NCBI GenBank assembly: GCA_029561555.1
Contig: JAKQXH010000095.1
Span: 10,124-74,123, forward strand
Length of the DNA stretch: 64,000 bases
Source: Candidatus Omnitrophota bacterium
GTDB taxonomy: Bacteria > Omnitrophota > Omnitrophia > Omnitrophales > Omnitrophaceae
Direction of reading: 5' to 3'
In this document: one piece after another, positions 58,707 through 64,000 of the stretch
Position numbering within the stretch: position 1 is the first letter of the stretch
How the letters are laid out: each line of letters starts with the position of its first letter
Position numbers and translations under genes: made by a program
The notes under the pieces: model-generated
What the model was told of the DNA's origin: nothing
The model's input: only the letters and a program-made list of their open reading frames with translations
Database searches by the model: none

Positions 58707-59801
58707 CTATTCGTCACCGAAACAGGTTCCCACCGAACGGGCCGTGCGGACTTCTTCGCTTTGAGGCTCGACCCGACGGAGCTTGCTGACCGCCTTTTCC
58801 AATTCAACCGATTCGATGTTCTGTCCGCGAAGACAAACCATGCGGGTAAAGCGTTCTTCCGCCAAAAGCTCGACGGCCGCGACCCCGAAACGCGTCCCGA
58901 GCCAGCGATCGAACGGAGTGGGCGTCCCGCCCCGCTGAAGATGTCCCAGCACCACCACCCGGCTCTCGATGCCGACCTCTTTTTCGATCCGGCCCGCGAC
59001 CACCTGCCCCACACCGCCGAGACGGATCGGGTCCGTCGACCCCTCAACGGTTCTCTGAACGGTTATCTCGCCGTCCTTCGGCTTCGCGCCTTCGGCCACC
59101 ACCACAATACTGAAACGCTTCCCCAAATGGATCCGCCGCTTGACCTCATTGCAGACTTTTTCTATTTCATAGGGGATTTCGGGAATCAGGATCACGTCTC
59201 CCCCGCCGGCAATCCCGGCCCGAAGCGCGATCCAGCCCGCGTAGCGCCCCATCACCTCCAGGATCATCGCGCGATGATGCGACTCCGCCGTCGAATGCAG
59301 GCGGTCCACGCCTTCCGTCGCGACGGCAAGCGCGGAATCGAAACCGAATGTCACGTCGGTCGCGTCCAGATCGTTGTCGATCGTTTTGGGAACCCCGATC
59401 ACCGGAACGCCCAAATCCGCCATCTTTTTGGCAATGGAAAGGGTCCCGTCTCCCCCGATCGCCACCAGCGCGTCCAGCCCGAATTTCCTCATCTGCTCCA
59501 GGGCCTCTCCGGAACGGTCCTGAATCATCATTTTACCGTCCTCACCGATCACGGCGTATTGAAACGGATTCGCGCGGTTGGATGTCCCGAGAATCGTCCC
59601 GCCCCGGTGCAAAATCCCCGAGACATCGGAATCCTGAAGCGGTCTCATCACTCCCTCAACCAGTCCCGCGTAACCGTCCGCGATCCCGACGACTTCGATC
59701 TTGAAACGCCGCAATGCCGTTTTCACGACGGCACGAATCACCGCATTGAGCCCCGGGCAATCGCCTCCCCCCGTTAAGATTCCGATCCGCTTAATTTTCA
59801 T
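58707..59801 (-). CDS. pfkA: ATP-dependent 6-phosphofructokinase
   Basis: 364 aa. IGILTGGGDCPGLNAVIRAV, LVAIGGDGTLS (GGDG, the ATP-type Gly), VIGVPKTIDNDL, MGRYAGWIAL. Confidence 0.9.
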   Translation of the reverse strand: MKIKRIGILTGGGDCPGLNAVIRAVVKTALRRFKIEVVGIADGYAGLVEGVMRPLQDSDVSGILHRGGTILGTSNRANPFQYAVIGEDGKMMIQDRSGEALEQMRKFGLDALVAIGGDGTLSIAKKMADLGVPVIGVPKTIDNDLDATDVTFGFDSALAVATEGVDRLHSTAESHHRAMILEVMGRYAGWIALRAGIAGGGDVILIPEIPYEIEKVCNEVKRRIHLGKRFSIVVVAEGAKPKDGEITVQRTVEGSTDPIRLGGVGQVVAGRIEKEVGIESRVVVLGHLQRGGTPTPFDRWLGTRFGVAAVELLAEERFTRMVCLRGQNIESVELEKAVSKLRRVEPQSEEVRTARSVGTCFGDE

Positions 59802-59858
59802 CGCTTATCCTCCTCACTCGTTGATCAACTGTTCCGAACCGACCGTTTCCCTAATTTA

Positions 59859-61097
59859 TCAAAAATTCTTCTGTTTTCCAAAAAGATTTTCAAACAGGGA
59901 GTCCTGATAATCATCGGAGCTATGCGAATTATTCTGAGAATCGGATCCCTGATTGAATTTCTTACCCAAAAACTGGCTCAACAGAATCCCTCCGATCTGA
60001 AAAAGCATCTGCTGCCCCGACGACTGGAAGGAAGACCCTCCGGCGGAATCGGAAGAAAACGGATTCATCCCTCCTCCCGCAACGGGAAACGCCGCGCCGA
60101 GCCCCGCTCCGGAATTTCGTGAAGAAGAAAAGGGATTTTGCTCCGAAAACACGGAATCCTGCGAAGAGGAGTCAAACAGGGATCGTTGCCCCCGGCTCTC
60201 GAGATCGGCCAAAATCGTCAAATTCTCCTGGGCCTGTTCGTTTCCCGGTTCCACCCGAAGCGCGCGGCTAAATGCCCGGCGCGCTTCATAATAACGGCCC
60301 GCCTGCATGTACAACACGCCGAGATTGTTCATCGCGGTCGCGTATTTTGGGTCAATCGAAAGCGCCTGAAGAAAAGCGTCTTCGGCCTCGCGAAATTTTC
60401 TCATCTCATAATACGCCACACCCGTTCCATTGTAGGCGTCCGCAAGATCGGGCTCGAGCTGAAGCGCCCTTTCAAATTCCTGAATCGCCTGAGGATACAT
60501 CCTGCTTTTCAGGCAAAGGCTCCCCATCCCCACATAGGGCCGGGGGTCCTGGGGCTCCAGGGACTTGGCCGTCTCAAAAGCCTTCTGGGCATACTGGATA
60601 TCCCCTTTCTTCTCAAACAGGATTCCGAGATTAAAATGAGCTTCCTGAAGGCCGGGATTGATCTCAAGCGCTTTCTGATAATAGAAAAGCGCCTGATCCG
60701 GATTTTCCTTTTTTAGAAAAATTTTGCCGAGATAAAGATAGGTGTACGGGTCGTCATTTTTCAACCCGAGGCTTTCTTTCAAATATCGCTCCGCGTCCTC
60801 TTCGTTCTCAGCCTCATAGAAAAGCACGCCGAGATTCCTGTAAATCATCGGGTTCTTCGGATCGAGTCCCGCGGCTTCCTGATAGGCCTGAATCGCCTCT
60901 TTGATCCGGTTTTCGCTTCGATACCGGGCTGCCTGATCCATCAATGTGCTTACCTGAACGGTACGGGCGGGATCCGGATTTTCTTCCGCGGCCGAAACGG
61001 GGATCGCATTGAAAAATAAGGGGGAAATCAGGGTTACCGCCAAAAATATCCGCATTGCTTTTTTTACCGGTTTTCTCATCGCTATTTTCGCAAGCAT
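59859..61097 (-). CDS. Secreted tetratricopeptide-repeat protein
   Basis: ORF track 59859..61199. The start is uncertain (ATG 61097, 61079 or 61055). Signal AMRIFLAVTLISPLFFNAIPVSAA, then about 8 TPR units (AIQAYQEAAGLDPKN..., ALFYYQKALEINPGL...). The C-terminus is S/G/Q-rich and low-complexity. Confidence 0.8.
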   Translation of the reverse strand: MLAKIAMRKPVKKAMRIFLAVTLISPLFFNAIPVSAAEENPDPARTVQVSTLMDQAARYRSENRIKEAIQAYQEAAGLDPKNPMIYRNLGVLFYEAENEEDAERYLKESLGLKNDDPYTYLYLGKIFLKKENPDQALFYYQKALEINPGLQEAHFNLGILFEKKGDIQYAQKAFETAKSLEPQDPRPYVGMGSLCLKSRMYPQAIQEFERALQLEPDLADAYNGTGVAYYEMRKFREAEDAFLQALSIDPKYATAMNNLGVLYMQAGRYYEARRAFSRALRVEPGNEQAQENLTILADLESRGQRSLFDSSSQDSVFSEQNPFSSSRNSGAGLGAAFPVAGGGMNPFSSDSAGGSSFQSSGQQMLFQIGGILLSQFLGKKFNQGSDSQNNSHSSDDYQDSLFENLFGKQKNF

Positions 61098-61149
61098 TAT
61101 ATCGATTCCGGAATGAAAAGCGTTCTCTTTTCCTTCGAAAAATCCATTT

Positions 61150-62088
61150 TTATTGACGCTTTGCGAAACGCTCGAGAAACGACACAACCTCCGCCTCAAG
61201 CTTCGCGCCCAGAAAATGATTGATCTCCGGAATCCCCGCGGGACTGGTCACATTGATTTCGGTGATCCGGCCCGCGATCACATCCAGCCCGACAAAATAA
61301 AGTCCGTCGCTCAAAAGGCTCGGACGAATGGTTTCCGTCAATTCCCGGTCCCGCCGGTCAATCACCGCCGCTTCATACTTTCCGTCTTTTTCAAGACTGA
61401 CGCGGAAATCCCCCGCCGGCGGGATGCGCCGGTAAGCGCCCAGAATTTCCCCGTTCAAAACAAGGATTCTTTTATCCCCTTCCGTCCGGACCTCGGGAAT
61501 AAATTGCTGCGCCAACAGCGTTCCGTACTCACGGAGGTTTTTCCGGATGTTCGCCTCATTTTCAGAATCCCCGGACTTCATCTTCACAACCCCGATCCCG
61601 CCTCTCTGCCAAAGCGGCTTCAACACCGCTTCTCCGACTTCTTCGAGAAACTCCAAGATAACCGGCGGTTGCGCGGAAACCACCGTCTTCGGAACGCAAT
61701 CCGGAAACCGGAGCCCGTAGAGCTTTTCGTTCGCGTTACGCACCCCGGCCGGGTCATTGAGGACCGGAACTTTGCCTTTTAGAAACTCCAGTAAATAAGT
61801 CAAGGAAAGGTAATGTCGGTCAAACGGAGGATCCTTTCTGAGAAAGATTATATCCAGAGACGAAAGATCCAGGCCCCGAAAAGATTTCAACTCCCGAAAT
61901 CCGTCGGAAACATTCACCTCAACCTGACGGGCATCCGCATACAGCCCGCATCCCCGGGCCGTAACATGCCGGGAATCGACATAAAAGACCTCATGCCCCC
62001 GCTCAAATGACTCCTTCATAATGTAGAATGAGGTATCTTCAAGACACCGGATCGTCTCGGGAGGATCCATGACAAATCCGAATTTCAT
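61150..62088 (-). CDS. gshB: Glutathione synthetase (ATP-grasp, prokaryotic type)
   Basis: ORF track 61150..62097. The likely start is ATG 62088: MKFGFVMDPPETIRCLEDTSFYIMKESFERGHEVFY (GshB N-domain pattern). FLRKDPPFD, VLKPLWQRGGIGV, GLDVIAGRITEINVTSP. Confidence 0.85.
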   Translation of the reverse strand: MKFGFVMDPPETIRCLEDTSFYIMKESFERGHEVFYVDSRHVTARGCGLYADARQVEVNVSDGFRELKSFRGLDLSSLDIIFLRKDPPFDRHYLSLTYLLEFLKGKVPVLNDPAGVRNANEKLYGLRFPDCVPKTVVSAQPPVILEFLEEVGEAVLKPLWQRGGIGVVKMKSGDSENEANIRKNLREYGTLLAQQFIPEVRTEGDKRILVLNGEILGAYRRIPPAGDFRVSLEKDGKYEAAVIDRRDRELTETIRPSLLSDGLYFVGLDVIAGRITEINVTSPAGIPEINHFLGAKLEAEVVSFLERFAKRQ

Positions 62089-62209
62089 CCCGCCCATTGC
62101 AAACCCTTTCTATTCTGGAAAAACTTTCCGTTGTCCCGCAATGCGATCAAAAAAGGCAGAAAACGCCTTCGATTGTTTGTCCCTAGCTTGAAATCATGAG
62201 CCGCGGATG

Positions 62210-62914
62210 TTATCCGTTTCCGGAACGGCTGACGACGAGAATTCCCTTCGTGCTTCGCTGGAGATCCTCCAGAAGCGGCGAGGTTTGATTGGAACCGCTG
62301 ATCTCTTTCGACTGATCCACAATGATTTGCCCGGTCAAACGGACGGCCTGGCTGATCGATTCATTTGCCCCTCTGAGATATCCCACATTCTCCCGCCACC
62401 AGCCTTCCACTTGCTGATCCGCGGGGGCATTGAGAATTTTATTGAAAACGCGTATCCCCCGCAGGCGGGATTCGGCGGCTTCGATCAGAAACTCCTGAAC
62501 CTGCTTTTCAACCGGCGTTACCGGATTAAGCGCGGAAGACTGAATCGAAACATGGCGGAAAAGTTCAAGGGCCTTGGCCAGGCGATCGTTTAAAAATTTT
62601 TGATTGGCCTTCTGATAAACCCGGATGATGTGGAGCGCTTCCTCAAGGAAAACCTTTCTTTGGGTTTCAAGCGATTGCGGAGAGGCCGTTAACGGAGTTT
62701 CCGAAATGGTCTCAACCGCGGCAAGCGGCGACTCTTGCGGTTCTTCGGCAACAGCCGGTTCGGAAAGAGTTTCTTCCTCCGCCTGTTCTTCGGAAATCGT
62801 CACAATCTTCGTTTCTTTTCCGTGTTTGATCACTCCGAGATTTTTCTCTATGGCAAGAAGAATAAAAATCCCCATAATCCCTAAAACGCAGACCGAAATG
62901 AATACTTTTTTCAT
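62210..62914 (-). CDS. Hypothetical membrane-anchored protein
   Basis: ORF track 62210..62932. The likely start is ATG 62914 (MKKVFISVCVLGIMGIFILLAI). There is an acidic linker, then a helical domain. I recognise no family. Confidence 0.5.
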   Translation of the reverse strand: MKKVFISVCVLGIMGIFILLAIEKNLGVIKHGKETKIVTISEEQAEEETLSEPAVAEEPQESPLAAVETISETPLTASPQSLETQRKVFLEEALHIIRVYQKANQKFLNDRLAKALELFRHVSIQSSALNPVTPVEKQVQEFLIEAAESRLRGIRVFNKILNAPADQQVEGWWRENVGYLRGANESISQAVRLTGQIIVDQSKEISGSNQTSPLLEDLQRSTKGILVVSRSGNG

Positions 62915-63105
62915 GGCAAGACTCCATCTCACACGGAAATTTTGAAGCTCCTAATGTGGTATTTTACGCGGTTCATATTAAAAACGCCAGTAATTCATGC
63001 GAAAAACACAGCCCCCGCACGATACTTGCCCTGAAGAAGAATGCGACGCAATCAAGACACAACCCGTTGGGATGAAATGAGATGTGAAGACAAAAGCTTT
63101 TCGGT

Positions 63106-64000
63106 CTAACCGTAAATGGCTTCGGGTTTCGGGAGGGTGAAATAAAACGTGCTCCCCTTATTTTCCTCGCTCTCCACCCAGATATTTCCGTTATGCAGGG
63201 AAACGATTTCCTTCACGATGGAAAGCCCGAGACCGACTCCTTCCGGTTTCCCGAGATTCGGATCATGCGCCTGCTCAAACCGCTCAAAAATCATGCGGAG
63301 TTTCTCTTTCGGGATGCCGACCCCGTTGTCGCGGACGGCAATCCGAAGGATGTGCTGATCCTGTTCATCGCTGCTGACGGTCACGATAATTTCCCCGTTT
63401 TCGGGGCTGAATTTAATCGCGTTGTTGATCAGATTGTCCAGGACCTGAACAATCCGGTTTTCGTCGGCAAACACGATGGTGTTTTCGGTTTGCTTCTGGA
63501 AGGAGATCTTGAGATTTTTCCGTTTGGTCATCAGCTCGCAACCCCGGATGGTGGTCTCGATCACCCGGCACAAATCGACATTGCTTTTTGTGATGCGGAG
63601 CCGCCCCGCTTCAAGCGCGGTGATGTCCAGGAGGTCATTGATGATTCTCAGCAGGCGGTTGCCCTGATTTTCGATGATCTGCAGAAATCTCGTGATTTCT
63701 TCCCGGCTGATCTGATCGTAATTATCAAGGATCAGTGACGCGCTCTTCGTGATGGAAACCAGCGGTGTCCGCAATTCATGCGAGACATTGGCCAGAAAAC
63801 GGGTCTTGAGTTCATTGACATTCTGCAGAATGTCCATGATCCGGCATATTTCCTGAATAAACCCTTTGGAACGGAGCGACAAAACGCCGATGATTCTTCC
63901 GTCATCCAACGCAACCGGCAAATGCCGGAACCCTCTTTCGGCAAAAAGCTTGAATATTTCGAGCGGAGGGCAGGAAGCATTGATCGTCTCGATCGGAGAA
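63106..64000 (-). CDS. Sensor histidine kinase, N-terminus beyond the right window edge
   Basis: The frame stays open from 63921 up to 63999 (...SPIETINASCPPLEIFKLFAERGFRHLPVALDDGRIIGVLSL, a GAF-like end). HisKA FLANVSHELRTPL. HATPase NLINNAIKF, DNGVGIP, GVGLGLSIV. Confidence 0.85.
   Translation of the reverse strand, partial: SPIETINASCPPLEIFKLFAERGFRHLPVALDDGRIIGVLSLRSKGFIQEICRIMDILQNVNELKTRFLANVSHELRTPLVSITKSASLILDNYDQISREEITRFLQIIENQGNRLLRIINDLLDITALEAGRLRITKSNVDLCRVIETTIRGCELMTKRKNLKISFQKQTENTIVFADENRIVQVLDNLINNAIKFSPENGEIIVTVSSDEQDQHILRIAVRDNGVGIPKEKLRMIFERFEQAHDPNLGKPEGVGLGLSIVKEIVSLHNGNIWVESEENKGSTFYFTLPKPEAIYG

Noticed and set aside
58616-59047. Minus-strand ORF of 143 aa overlapping the pfkA 3' end in another frame.
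   Set aside because: It is off-frame relative to pfkA, with R/S/W-rich composition.
58761-59777. Plus-strand ORF of 338 aa.
   Set aside because: It is antisense to pfkA.

Overview
Bacterial chromosomal window. I saw no rRNA, tRNA or CRISPR array. The main feature is missing from the supplied ORF track. Bases 1-19063 are one uninterrupted minus-strand reading frame. It starts at the ATG at 19063-19061 and has 6,354 codons. I read every in-frame triplet and found no stop. The ORF runs off the left edge, which is probably why the ORF caller dropped it. It encodes a giant protein with a Sec-type signal or anchor followed by many recognisable modules: an adenosine-deaminase module with all hallmark motifs, a degenerate MBL-like fold, 2 cNMP-binding domains, 2 receiver-like domains, a histidine-kinase ATPase plus a degenerate copy, a CheR-like methyltransferase, internal TM helices, a kinase-like region, HAD motifs in permuted order, a triple YjgF/chorismatase-like block, a phosphoglycosyl transferase and a class-I methyltransferase. 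These modules are separated by at least 13 in-frame copies of a [G/A/S]-[A/S/Q]-S-L-G peptide encoded with varied codons. I interpret this as a candidate linker or processing signal of a bacterial polyprotein or effector-train. This is the feature I consider novel. The remaining 45 kb is ordinary, tightly packed chromosome: a YdiJ-like FAD/Fe-S oxidoreductase, cupin, thrH, glycerate kinase, tpx, a GT39-like membrane glycosyltransferase, SDR, cyclophilin, SGNH hydrolase, TrmH-family methylase, PilZ, FCY1-type cytosine deaminase, cspA, KTSC, dus, glpD, redoxin, dsbD, an alpha/beta hydrolase, a multi-PAS HK / CheY / REC-PAS-GGDEF-EAL operon, a BNR-repeat protein, a RAYT-type HUH transposase, rlmN, corA, tatA, glgB, GH57, pfkA, a TPR protein, gshB and a partial HK at the right edge. 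Intergenic oddities: two ~181-bp structured GC-rich repeats between the giant gene and the oxidase gene; a 145-bp multi-hairpin element; two families of heptamer arrays (RAAGACY and CTTCACG), the latter flanking the RAYT gene in inverted orientation. All domain calls come from motif recognition by eye. No database search was run.
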